Source: an uncultured Eubacteriales bacterium (GTDB lineage: Bacteria; Bacillota; Clostridia; Christensenellales; DTU072). Taken from it: DNA of 64,000 nt. Every line of letters begins with the position of its first letter. Positions within the stretch are counted from its first letter, which is position 1. The DNA lies in assembly GCA_949292905.1 (NCBI GenBank), contig CASFAV010000006.1, forward strand, positions 476 to 64,475. Reading direction: 5' to 3'. The translations under genes and the position numbers were made by a program. This document shows positions 10,721 to 20,356 of the stretch, one piece after another. The notes under the pieces were generated by a model that was not told where the DNA came from, made no database searches, and saw only the letters and a list, made by a program, of their open reading frames with translations.

Positions 10721-11657
10721 GGTTTACATAGACGGCAGGGAGGGCACCACCGGGCTCAAGATATACGAGCGCCTCGGCGCGAGAGAGGATATCGAACTCC
10801 TTTACATACCCGACGAATACAGGAAAGACCCCGTCGCGCGTAAAGAATACATCAACGGAAGCGATATAACCTTTCTGTGCCTTCCGGACGCGGCGGCGAG
10901 GGAAGCCGTGGCTCTTGCAGGGGACAGGGTACGCATTATAGACGCTTCGACCGCTCATCGCGTTTCGCCCGGTTGGGCATACGGATTTCCGGAATTGGGA
11001 GCCCGTTTCAGAGAAAACATTGCTTCGGGCAAAAGAATAGCCGTTCCCGGCTGTCACGCGAGCGGCTTTATCGCGCTCGTGTATCCGCTCGTAAAGCTCG
11101 GCTTTATGAGCCCCGATTTTCCGGTGTGCGCGACTTCGCTGACGGGCTATTCGGGAGGCGGCAAGAAGATGATAGCCGCTTACGAAGGAGAGCGCGGCGC
11201 GGAGTACGACGCGCCGAGAATGTACGGCATAGGTCAGACTCACAAGCATCTTCCCGAAATGCGCGCCGTATGCGGGCTCGATAAAGCTCCCGTATTCCTG
11301 CCTATAGTGAGCGACTATTATTCGGGCATGGAAGTGATACTGCCTCTCGATCTCACCTGCCTGAAGGGCGTGGCTTCCGCGGACGAACTTCGCGGGATAT
11401 ATAAGGATTTTTACGCGGGCGCGGGACTTGTCAAGGTCCAAGACGCGGGCGCGGAGGGCGCTTCGGGCGGGGGATTCGCGGCGGCGAATAAGCTCTCCGG
11501 CAGGGACGATATGGAGATCTACGTCGCGGGGAGCGACGAACGCGCCGTGGCATACGCCGTTTTCGACAACCTCGGTAAAGGCGCTTCGGGAGCGGCGGTA
11601 CAGAATATGAACATAATGCTCGGTTTGGACGAGAAAAAAGGATTGATAACGGAATGA
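10710..11657 (+). CDS. argC: N-acetyl-gamma-glutamyl-phosphate reductase (type 2)
   Basis: IDGREGTTGL, DASTAHR, PGCH, GYSGGGK, DNLGKGASGAAVQN. Confidence 0.95.
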   Translation: MSIKVYIDGREGTTGLKIYERLGAREDIELLYIPDEYRKDPVARKEYINGSDITFLCLPDAAAREAVALAGDRVRIIDASTAHRVSPGWAYGFPELGARFRENIASGKRIAVPGCHASGFIALVYPLVKLGFMSPDFPVCATSLTGYSGGGKKMIAAYEGERGAEYDAPRMYGIGQTHKHLPEMRAVCGLDKAPVFLPIVSDYYSGMEVILPLDLTCLKGVASADELRGIYKDFYAGAGLVKVQDAGAEGASGGGFAAANKLSGRDDMEIYVAGSDERAVAYAVFDNLGKGASGAAVQNMNIMLGLDEKKGLITE

Positions 11658-12886
11658 ATACTAACGGTAACGGTATCGAATTTATATCGGGCGGCGTAGT
11701 CGCCGCCAAAGGTTTCAGAGCGACGGGTATACACGCGGGTATCCGCAAGAACAAGACGAAAAAGGATCTCGCGCTCATCATGGCGGACAAGCCCGTTTCT
11801 GCGGCGGCGGTCTACACCCGCAACCTCGTGAAAGGCGCTCCGCTCACGGTCACCGCGGAACATCTTAAAAACGGTCGCGCGCAGGCGATAATATGCAACA
11901 GCGGCAACGCCAATACCTGCAACGCGGACGGCATAGAGATAGCGGAAGCCACCTGCGATATACTCGCGGAAGCGGCGGGAATAGCGGCGGACGACGTGAT
12001 AGTGGCGTCCACGGGAGTGATAGGTCAACCGCTTTCCATAGAGCCTTTCAGGAAGGGCATACCGCTTCTCGTCGAAGCGCTCGGCGCGGATTCCGCGGGA
12101 GCGAACGAAGCCATAATGACCACCGACACGGTCATCAAGGAAGTCGCCGTGAAATTCACGCTCGGCGGCAAGGAATGTCATATCGGCGGCATAGCGAAAG
12201 GTTCGGGAATGATACATCCGAACATGGCGACGATGCTCGTATTCGTCACCGCCGACGCGGCGATATCTCCCGCGATCCTTGCCGAGATCGTGCGTAAGGA
12301 CGTCGTCACCTCTTTCAATATGGTATCGGTAGACGGCGACACTTCCACCAACGACATGCTCGCCGTAATGGCTTCCGGAGAAGCGGGCAACGCGGAAATT
12401 ACGGAGTATAACGAGGACGCGGAGAAGTTCGCGGAAGCGTTCGGCGTAGTGACGCGCGCGCTTTGCCGTAAGATAGCCGCCGACGGAGAAGGCGCAACAA
12501 AGCTCATCGAATGTAAGGTTTCGGGAGCCCGTAACGACGAAACGGCGCGCGTAGTCGCCAAGAGCGTCATCACGAGCTCGCTTATCAAGACCGCCATGTT
12601 CGGCGCGGACGCGAACTGGGGCAGGGTGCTTTGCGCGATAGGCTACGCGGGCACGGACACCGATATAAATAAAGTCGGAGTCGTTTTCCGTTCCGAAGCC
12701 GGCGCGGCGGAGGTATGCCGCGACGGACACGGCGTCGATTTCAGCGAGGAGCTTGCCAAGAAGGTGCTTACCGAAAAGGAAATAATCATAGACATTACTT
12801 TAGGCGACGGCGACGGCGAAGCCGTGGCGTGGGGCTGCGACCTCACTTACGAATATGTGAAAATAAACGGAGATTACCGCACCTGA
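11654..12886 (+). CDS. argJ: Ornithine acetyltransferase / N-acetylglutamate synthase
   Basis: NSGNANT, KGSGMIHPNMATML, DGDTSTND, DGEGATK, INGDYRT. Confidence 0.96.
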   Translation: MNTNGNGIEFISGGVVAAKGFRATGIHAGIRKNKTKKDLALIMADKPVSAAAVYTRNLVKGAPLTVTAEHLKNGRAQAIICNSGNANTCNADGIEIAEATCDILAEAAGIAADDVIVASTGVIGQPLSIEPFRKGIPLLVEALGADSAGANEAIMTTDTVIKEVAVKFTLGGKECHIGGIAKGSGMIHPNMATMLVFVTADAAISPAILAEIVRKDVVTSFNMVSVDGDTSTNDMLAVMASGEAGNAEITEYNEDAEKFAEAFGVVTRALCRKIAADGEGATKLIECKVSGARNDETARVVAKSVITSSLIKTAMFGADANWGRVLCAIGYAGTDTDINKVGVVFRSEAGAAEVCRDGHGVDFSEELAKKVLTEKEIIIDITLGDGDGEAVAWGCDLTYEYVKINGDYRT

Positions 12887-12908
12887 GGGGCGGAATATCG
12901 GAGGGAAT

Positions 12909-13760
12909 ATGAAACTTACCAACGAAGGAAAAGCGGAAATACTCGTACAGGCGTTGCCGTACATTCAGAAGTATTACGACCAGATAGTAGTCGTCAAGTA
13001 CGGCGGCAACGCGATGATCGACGAAGATCTCAAAAAAACGGTCATGCGCGACCTCGTTCTGCTCGCGCAGATAGGGGTCAAGGTGGTGCTCGTGCACGGT
13101 GGAGGACCGGAGATAACGGAAACGCTCGCGAAGATGAATATTGAATCGAAATTCGTGGACGGATTGCGCGTTACGGACCGCGAGCAGATCGACGTCGTGC
13201 AGATGGTGCTCGCGGGGAAGGTCAATAAGGATCTCGTCGCGCTCATCGGTAGCGCGGGCGGTAAGGCGATAGGACTGTGCGGCATAGACGGCGGAATGAT
13301 AGAAGCGCGCCCCGTAAGCAAGGCGCTCGGCTTCGTGGGGGAAGTGGTTTCCGTGGACACGAAGCCCGTTCTCGACGCTCTGAACGCAGGTTACATTCCC
13401 GTCATATCCTCGCTCGGTTACGACAAAGAGGGCAACGTTTACAATATCAACGCCGACACGGCGGCTTCGCGCATAGCGGGCGAACTGAAAGCTTCCTCTT
13501 TCATCAACATGACCGACATCAAGGGAATACTCGAAGATCCCGCCGACGAGAATTCGCTCATTAAGGAAGTCAACGCTTCCGAAGCGCTCGAACTTATCCG
13601 TGACGGAGTTATTTCGGGGGGCATGATACCGAAGGTGAAATGTTGCGTCGAAGCCATACGCCGCGGCGTGAAAAAAGTTTTCATCATCGACGGCAGAGTG
13701 CCGCACGCGATACTCATCGAAGTGCTTTCCGACGAAGGCATAGGCACGATGTTCTATTGA
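12909..13760 (+). CDS. argB: Acetylglutamate kinase
   Basis: VKYGGNAM, HGGGPEI, GLRVTD, YNINAD, GGMIPK. Confidence 0.96.
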   Translation: MKLTNEGKAEILVQALPYIQKYYDQIVVVKYGGNAMIDEDLKKTVMRDLVLLAQIGVKVVLVHGGGPEITETLAKMNIESKFVDGLRVTDREQIDVVQMVLAGKVNKDLVALIGSAGGKAIGLCGIDGGMIEARPVSKALGFVGEVVSVDTKPVLDALNAGYIPVISSLGYDKEGNVYNINADTAASRIAGELKASSFINMTDIKGILEDPADENSLIKEVNASEALELIRDGVISGGMIPKVKCCVEAIRRGVKKVFIIDGRVPHAILIEVLSDEGIGTMFY

Positions 13761-13780
13761 TATAAGGAAAGGAGAAAGCG

Positions 13781-14683
13781 ATGAAACATTTACTTAAACT
13801 TGCCGATCTTACTTCCAAAGAGATAATCGACCTTCTCAACATGGCGGATCAGCTCAAATTCGAGAAGAAGAACGGCATCGATCACCCTCATCTTAAAGGC
13901 AAAACTCTCGGAATGATATTCACCAAAGCCTCCACGCGTACCCGCGTTTCTTTCGAAGTGGGTATGTATCAACTGGGCGGCAACGCGCTTTTCCTGAGCG
14001 GCAACGACATGCAGATAGGCAGGGGCGAACCCGCCGAAGACACCGCGCGCGTGCTTTCCAAATACCTCGACGGTATCATGATACGCACTTACGAGCAGAG
14101 CGAAGTGGAGAAGCTCGCGGCTTTCGGCACGATACCCGTCATCAACGGGCTTACCGATTACTGCCATCCCTGCCAGGTGCTCGCCGACCTTATGACGATA
14201 AGGGAATTCAAAGGCAGCTTCAAAGGAAAGAAACTTTGCTTCGTGGGCGACGGCAACAATATGGCGAATTCGCTTATCGTAGGCTGTATCAAAGTGGGTA
14301 TGAATATATCGATTGCGTGCCCCAAAGGCTACGAACCGGATGCCGAACTTATCAAATGGGGATACGAATCCGGTAAATTACTGATAACCGACGACGTACG
14401 TAAGGCGGCGGAAGGCGCGGACGTATTGTACACCGACGTGTGGGCGAGCATGGGACAGGAAGCGGAAGCCAAAGCGCGCCGCGCGGCGTTCAAGGGCTTC
14501 TGCATAGACTCGGAACTCATGAAGGCGGCAAACCCCGGCGCCATGGTACTGCATTGTCTTCCCGCGCACCGCGGCGAGGAGATAACCGCCGAGGTGCTGG
14601 AGGCGCACGCCAAAGAAATATTCGAGGAAGCCGAGAACCGTATGCACGCGCAGAAAGCGGTCATGGTCACCCTTATGAAATAA
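13781..14683 (+). CDS. argF: Ornithine carbamoyltransferase
   Basis: STRTR, HPCQ, SMG, HCLP, EAENR. Confidence 0.96.
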   Translation: MKHLLKLADLTSKEIIDLLNMADQLKFEKKNGIDHPHLKGKTLGMIFTKASTRTRVSFEVGMYQLGGNALFLSGNDMQIGRGEPAEDTARVLSKYLDGIMIRTYEQSEVEKLAAFGTIPVINGLTDYCHPCQVLADLMTIREFKGSFKGKKLCFVGDGNNMANSLIVGCIKVGMNISIACPKGYEPDAELIKWGYESGKLLITDDVRKAAEGADVLYTDVWASMGQEAEAKARRAAFKGFCIDSELMKAANPGAMVLHCLPAHRGEEITAEVLEAHAKEIFEEAENRMHAQKAVMVTLMK

Positions 14684-14713
14684 ATTTACAAATCGTAAAT
14701 CCGGAAAAGGCTT

Positions 14714-15778
14714 ATGAAGAGATACATAGTACTTGAGAACGGCAAAATTTTCGAAGGCGAAGCGTTCGGCGCCGACGGAACGGCTATGGGCGAAACGGTA
14801 TTTTCCACGGGAGTGGTGGGATTTACCGAAACGCTCACCGATCCCAGTTATTACGGGCAGATAGTGGTACAGACTTTCCCCACGATAGGTAACTACGGGA
14901 TAATGTACGACGATATGGAGTCCGACAAGATATGGCCGGAAGCGTACGTCGTGCGCGAATACTGCAAAGCGCCTTCCAATTTCCGTATGGACACGGACGT
15001 GGACAGCTTCCTTAAAAAATACGGTACGGTAGGCGTATGCGGCGTGGACACGCGCGCGCTTACGAGAATTATCCGCGAATCCGGCGTAATGAACGCGGTC
15101 GTGACGGACGATCCACGGAGCGTCGATTTCAAGAAACTTTCCGAATACCGCATCGTGAACGCGGTGAAGGCGGTCACGGAGAGCAAGAAGGAATTTTATT
15201 TACCCGAAGGCGAACCGGTGTGCAAGGTCGCGTTGTACGATTACGGCGCCAAACGCAATATCATAAGGTCGCTTCTGAAGCGCGGTTGCGCGGTGACGAG
15301 CTATCCCGCGTTCACGCCCGCAGAGGAAGTGCTCGGGGACGATCCGGACGGTATAATGCTTTCCAACGGTCCCGGCGATCCTGCGGAAAACAAGGAAATA
15401 ATAGCGATAGTGAGAGATCTGCTCGGCAAGAAGCCGCTTTTCGGTATTTGTTTGGGGCACCAGCTCACGGCGCTCGCCACGGGCGGCAAGACCGTCAAAC
15501 TCAAGTACGGTCATCGCGGCGGCAACCAGCCCGTTAAAGACCTTAAGAGCGGCAGAACCGTGATCACCTCGCAGAATCACGGTTACGCCGTGGACGGCGC
15601 GTCGCTCAAAGAGGGTACGGTAAGCCATATCAACGTGAACGACGGTACCTGCGAAGGCGTCGTATATCCGGAGCTCGACGCGCAGACGGTGCAATTCCAT
15701 CCCGAAGCGTGCGCGGGTCCCAAGGATATGGAAGGCTTATTCGAGCAATTCATACGCAGGATGACGGAGGATAAATAG
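14714..15778 (+). CDS. carA: Carbamoyl-phosphate synthase small subunit
   Basis: TDPSY, LSNGPGDP, GICLGHQ, QFHPEA. Confidence 0.96.
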   Translation: MKRYIVLENGKIFEGEAFGADGTAMGETVFSTGVVGFTETLTDPSYYGQIVVQTFPTIGNYGIMYDDMESDKIWPEAYVVREYCKAPSNFRMDTDVDSFLKKYGTVGVCGVDTRALTRIIRESGVMNAVVTDDPRSVDFKKLSEYRIVNAVKAVTESKKEFYLPEGEPVCKVALYDYGAKRNIIRSLLKRGCAVTSYPAFTPAEEVLGDDPDGIMLSNGPGDPAENKEIIAIVRDLLGKKPLFGICLGHQLTALATGGKTVKLKYGHRGGNQPVKDLKSGRTVITSQNHGYAVDGASLKEGTVSHINVNDGTCEGVVYPELDAQTVQFHPEACAGPKDMEGLFEQFIRRMTEDK

Positions 15779-15779
15779 T

Positions 15780-18700
15780 ATGCCCCTTGACAAACGGATC
15801 AAAAAGGTACTCGTAATAGGTTCGGGACCTATAGTTATAGGACAGGCGGCGGAATTCGATTACGCGGGCACGCAGGCTTGCCGCGTGCTGAAGGCGGCGG
15901 GCATCGAAGTGGTGCTCGTCAATTCCAACCCCGCGACGATAATGACCGACAAGGCGCTCGCCGACGAAATTTATCTCGAACCGCTCACGTTGGAGACGGT
16001 CAAGCGTATCATCGTCAAGGAAAAGCCGGACAGCATACTCGGTACGTTGGGCGGACAGACGGGGCTGACGCTTTCGATGCAACTCGAAAAAGAAGGATTT
16101 TTGAAGGCGCACAACTGCAGGCTCATAGGCACCAACGCCGAAGCGATATGCAAAGCGGAGGACAGGGAGCTGTTCAAAGAAACTATGCAGAGCATCGGAC
16201 AGCCCTGTATACCTTCCGACATCGCCAACGAACTTTCGGAAGCGCTCGCGGTGGCGAAGCGCATAGGATATCCCGTCATCATACGTCCCGCGTTCACGCT
16301 GGGCGGTAACGGCGGCGGAGTGGCGTACAACGAGGAGGAACTCCGTTCGGTCGCGGCGACCGGACTTGACGTTTCGCCGATACATCAGGTGCTTGTAGAA
16401 AGATATATTTACGGTTGGAAGGAGATAGAATTCGAGACGATGCGCGACGCTATCGGCAACGCGATAGCGGTGTGCAGTATGGAGAACGTGGATCCCGTGG
16501 GCGTGCATACCGGCGACAGCATAGTGGTGGCGCCCGCGCTTACTCTTTCCGACAGAGAATACGAGATGCTGCGTTCCGCTTCCCTGGACATAGTGGCGGC
16601 GCTCGGCATCGTGGGCGGCTGTAACTGTCAGTACGCGCTCAATCCCGACTCGATGGAATACGCCGTTATCGAAGTGAACCCCCGCGTGTCGCGTTCGTCA
16701 GCGCTTGCGAGCAAGGCTACCGGCTATCCCATAGCGAAGGTTTCCACGAAAATAGCGCTCGGCTACACGTTGGACGAGATACCCAACGAGGTGACGGGCA
16801 AGACCTGCGCCTGCTTCGAACCGGCGATAGACTATATCGTGTGCAAGTTCCCGAAGTGGCCCTTCGACAAATTCGTATATGCCTCGCGCACTCTCGGCAC
16901 GCAGATGAAGGCGACGGGAGAGGTGATGAGTATCGGCTCCAATTTCGAGTCCGCGATAATGAAAGCGGTACGCGGCGCGGAGATAGGGCTCGACACCCTC
17001 AACGCCGGGGGCTACGACGGTAAAGACGTCGAAGCGATGCTGAAGAACATGGACGACTTAAGGCTTTTCACCGTCTTCCGCGCGATCAAGGAAGGGATAT
17101 CCCTGGACAGGATATTCGAGATAACCCGCATAGACCGCTTCTTCCTCAACAAACTCAAGAACCTTGTCGACTACGAGAAGGCGATAGAAGGTAAAGCGAT
17201 AGACGAAGAAACGTATCTCAAAGGCAAACGCTACGGATATACCGATAAAGCTATCGAACGCATAAGCGGACACAAGGTTCCCGTTCACCGCGATCCGGTA
17301 TACAAAATGGTCGATACTTGCGCCGCGGAATTCGACGCGGAGACGCCGTATTTCTACGCCGCGTACGACGAGGAGAACGAGGCTTTGGAGCACGTCGACC
17401 GCAACAAAAAGACGATACTCGTTCTGGGTTCGGGACCGATAAGGATAGGACAGGGCATAGAGTTCGACTATTCGAGCGTGCACTGCGCGTGGTCTATAAA
17501 GAAGTTGGGCTACGACGTCGCGATAGTCAACAACAACCCCGAAACCGTTTCCACCGATTTCGACGTGGCGGACAGGCTTTATTTCGAGCCTCTGACTCCT
17601 GAGGACATCGACGGCATACTCGCCGTGGAGAAGCCCGTAGGCGTAGTGGTAGCTTTCGGCGGTCAGACCGCCATCAAGCTCACCAAGCATCTCGACGGGA
17701 TAGGCGTTAAGGTCATGGGTACTTCCGCCGACTCGATAGACGCCGCCGAGGACAGAGAGCGTTTCGACGCCCTGCTCGAAAAGGTCAATTTCAAACGCCC
17801 CAAGGGCTTTGCCGTGACGAGCATTCAGGACGCCGTATCGGTAGCCAACGAGCTCGGCTATCCCGTGCTCGTGCGCCCTTCCTACGTTATCGGCGGGCAG
17901 AATATGACGATAGCGTATAACGATTTCGACGTCGAGGAATATATGAACATAATCCTCGCTCAGCACATCGATAACCCCGTGCTCATCGACAAGTACCTTA
18001 TGGGAACGGAGCTCGAAGTGGACGTCATAAGCGACGGTAAGGACGTGCTTCTGCCGGGCATAATGCAGCACGTGGAGCGCGCGGGCATACACAGCGGCGA
18101 TTCGATAGCGGTGTATCCTCCCTACAATATCAACGACGTGATGCGCGAAAAGATAGTGGACTGTTCGACTCGTCTCGCGCTTCTTCTGGGCACTCGCGGA
18201 CTCGTCAATATCCAGTACGTCATATACGAGAACGAGCTTTACGTCATCGAAGTCAATCCCCGCGCTTCGCGCACGATACCTTATATAAGTAAGGTGACCG
18301 GTATCCCCATGGTGGATATCGCCACGCGGATAATGCTCGGCGAAAACCTCGCGGATATGGGATACGGCACGGGACTTGCCAAGACCATTCCCTACGTTAC
18401 CGCGAAAGTGCCGGTATTCTCGTTCGAGAAGCTCAGCAACGTCAACTCCATTCTCGGACCGGAGATGAAATCTACGGGCGAAGTGCTCGGCATAGGTAAG
18501 ACCTTGCAGGAAGCGTTGTTCAAAGGACTCGTTTCGGCGGGCTTCAAGCTCAAGAGCGAGAAGGAAAACCGCGGCGTGTACATTTCGGTGCGCGACGTGG
18601 ATAAGTACGACGCAGTGAAACTCGCCAAGAAATTCATGGACGTGGGCGTCACGATATACGCGACGAAAGGCACCGCCGACGCTATCAAGGGGCTCGGTAA

Positions 18701-19796
18701 CGACTTCGTGCTCGTCCGCGACGACGATATCTACAAGTACCTTGAGGACGGCAAGATAGATTTCATAGTCAACACCTGCCCCAACACCCGTTCGTACATC
18801 GACGCTCACACTAAACTGCGCACCCGCGCGTTGCAATTGGGTATCGCGTGCATGACTTCTCTCGATACGGCGAACGCGCTTGCGGACATACTGGCGTCGA
18901 GATTCACGGAGCGCAACACGGAGCTCGTCAACCTCAACAAGATGCGTAAAGAAAAGTTGAAGATAAACTTCGTCAAAATGCAGTCTTTGGGTAACGACGG
19001 CGTTTATCTCAACAATTTCAACGGCGAAATAGTCTGCCCGGAGAGTATGGCGATACTGTTCTCGGACCGCAACTTCGGTATAGGCAGTAACGGGCTCGCG
19101 GTGATAGGCAAGTCCGACGTAGCCGACGCTAAAATGGAGATCTACAATAAGGACGGAAGCGACGGCAGAACGTCCGGCACTTCGCTGATATGCTCCGGCA
19201 AGTTCCTCTACGACAACGGCATAGTTCCGAAAACTACCATGACGATAGAGACTCTTTCCGGAATAAGACAACTCACGCTGTTCCTTTCGGACGGCAAGGT
19301 GTCCGGAACGAGCGCGGATATGGGTAAGCCCATCCTTGAGCCGAAGGACATACCCTGTTCGCTCGACGGCGACGCCGTCATAGACAGAGCGGTCAGATTG
19401 CGCGGCAAGGAATACCGCGTCACCTGCCTGTCGCTCGGCAACCCGCACATGGTGACTTTCGTGGACAGGGTGGACGACGTGGATCTAGCGAAGACGGGCA
19501 CGGCATTCGAATACGCTCCCTTCTTCCCCGACAGGGTGAACGCCGAATTCGTGCGCGTCGTCAATCCGAATACGCTCAAACTGCGCGTGTGGGAGCGCGC
19601 CAACGGCGAAGTTCTCGCTTCCGGTACCGGAGCGTGCGCGGCTGTGGTGGCGGCGGTCCTTAACGGCTATTGCGAGCGGGGCGCGGACGTTACGGTCAAG
19701 ACGCGCGGCGGCGACGTGGTGGTCAATTACGACGGCGAAAGAGTGGTGATGACGTCGAGCGCGAATCTCGTGTTCGAAGGCGTGATCAGGTTGTAA
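15780..19796 (+). CDS. carB: Carbamoyl-phosphate synthase large subunit fused to a C-terminal DapF-fold domain
   Basis: GSGPIVIGQAAEFDY, two ATP-grasp halves and an MGS domain. From about residue 1060 it reads FVKMQSLGND...DRNFGIG...SLGNPH...RVWER, as in diaminopimelate epimerase. Confidence 0.93.
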   Translation: MPLDKRIKKVLVIGSGPIVIGQAAEFDYAGTQACRVLKAAGIEVVLVNSNPATIMTDKALADEIYLEPLTLETVKRIIVKEKPDSILGTLGGQTGLTLSMQLEKEGFLKAHNCRLIGTNAEAICKAEDRELFKETMQSIGQPCIPSDIANELSEALAVAKRIGYPVIIRPAFTLGGNGGGVAYNEEELRSVAATGLDVSPIHQVLVERYIYGWKEIEFETMRDAIGNAIAVCSMENVDPVGVHTGDSIVVAPALTLSDREYEMLRSASLDIVAALGIVGGCNCQYALNPDSMEYAVIEVNPRVSRSSALASKATGYPIAKVSTKIALGYTLDEIPNEVTGKTCACFEPAIDYIVCKFPKWPFDKFVYASRTLGTQMKATGEVMSIGSNFESAIMKAVRGAEIGLDTLNAGGYDGKDVEAMLKNMDDLRLFTVFRAIKEGISLDRIFEITRIDRFFLNKLKNLVDYEKAIEGKAIDEETYLKGKRYGYTDKAIERISGHKVPVHRDPVYKMVDTCAAEFDAETPYFYAAYDEENEALEHVDRNKKTILVLGSGPIRIGQGIEFDYSSVHCAWSIKKLGYDVAIVNNNPETVSTDFDVADRLYFEPLTPEDIDGILAVEKPVGVVVAFGGQTAIKLTKHLDGIGVKVMGTSADSIDAAEDRERFDALLEKVNFKRPKGFAVTSIQDAVSVANELGYPVLVRPSYVIGGQNMTIAYNDFDVEEYMNIILAQHIDNPVLIDKYLMGTELEVDVISDGKDVLLPGIMQHVERAGIHSGDSIAVYPPYNINDVMREKIVDCSTRLALLLGTRGLVNIQYVIYENELYVIEVNPRASRTIPYISKVTGIPMVDIATRIMLGENLADMGYGTGLAKTIPYVTAKVPVFSFEKLSNVNSILGPEMKSTGEVLGIGKTLQEALFKGLVSAGFKLKSEKENRGVYISVRDVDKYDAVKLAKKFMDVGVTIYATKGTADAIKGLGNDFVLVRDDDIYKYLEDGKIDFIVNTCPNTRSYIDAHTKLRTRALQLGIACMTSLDTANALADILASRFTERNTELVNLNKMRKEKLKINFVKMQSLGNDGVYLNNFNGEIVCPESMAILFSDRNFGIGSNGLAVIGKSDVADAKMEIYNKDGSDGRTSGTSLICSGKFLYDNGIVPKTTMTIETLSGIRQLTLFLSDGKVSGTSADMGKPILEPKDIPCSLDGDAVIDRAVRLRGKEYRVTCLSLGNPHMVTFVDRVDDVDLAKTGTAFEYAPFFPDRVNAEFVRVVNPNTLKLRVWERANGEVLASGTGACAAVVAAVLNGYCERGADVTVKTRGGDVVVNYDGERVVMTSSANLVFEGVIRL

Positions 19797-19798
19797 AC

Positions 19799-20272
19799 AT
19801 GACTAAAAGGATATCGGACAGCACGGCGATCACCGCGATCTCGCTCATTATAATAGGTATTCTGTGTTGCGCGTTGCGCGCGGGAATGCTCAATGTCCTC
19901 GTGACTACGATAGGAGTATTGCTGATAGCGATAGGGCTTTACGACGTATTCGTGCGTAAAGAGACCTTGCTCGGCGTTATAGCCGTAGTCGCGGGAATAG
20001 TCGTGATAATTTTCGGCTGGACTATAGCGGAAGCGGCGTTGATACTTACCGGAATAATAGCGATAATTTACGGGATATTCATATTCGTGAAAAATATCGG
20101 CACGGTGAAAACGGGCGGCGCGCTCGCAAAAGCGGTGGCGGTGGTTAAGCCGCTCGTGATGATAATTTTCGGGATATTGCTTATCGTTGCCTACAACGTT
20201 ATGGCGGACGCCATGATGATAGCGCTCGGCATATTCTCGATCATAGGCGGCGTGCTGATGCTCGCCAAATAA
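19799..20272 (+). CDS. Small multi-pass membrane protein (HdeD/DUF308-like)
   Basis: About six short Gly/Ile-rich TM segments; ATG 2 nt after the carB stop. Confidence 0.65.
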   Translation: MTKRISDSTAITAISLIIIGILCCALRAGMLNVLVTTIGVLLIAIGLYDVFVRKETLLGVIAVVAGIVVIIFGWTIAEAALILTGIIAIIYGIFIFVKNIGTVKTGGALAKAVAVVKPLVMIIFGILLIVAYNVMADAMMIALGIFSIIGGVLMLAK

Positions 20273-20356
20273 ATAAAAAGCTGTATTTGTCCGATATAGG
20301 CTGACTAATGTTGCCAATTTTTACGGGAAGTGTTATTATGTTTACGGAGGTAGACT

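Noticed and set aside
17058..19448. 796-aa antisense ORF within carB, and similar ones over argG, argJ, thrC and the citrate synthase-like gene
   Set aside because: Same shadow-ORF effect; each fully overlaps a well-supported gene.
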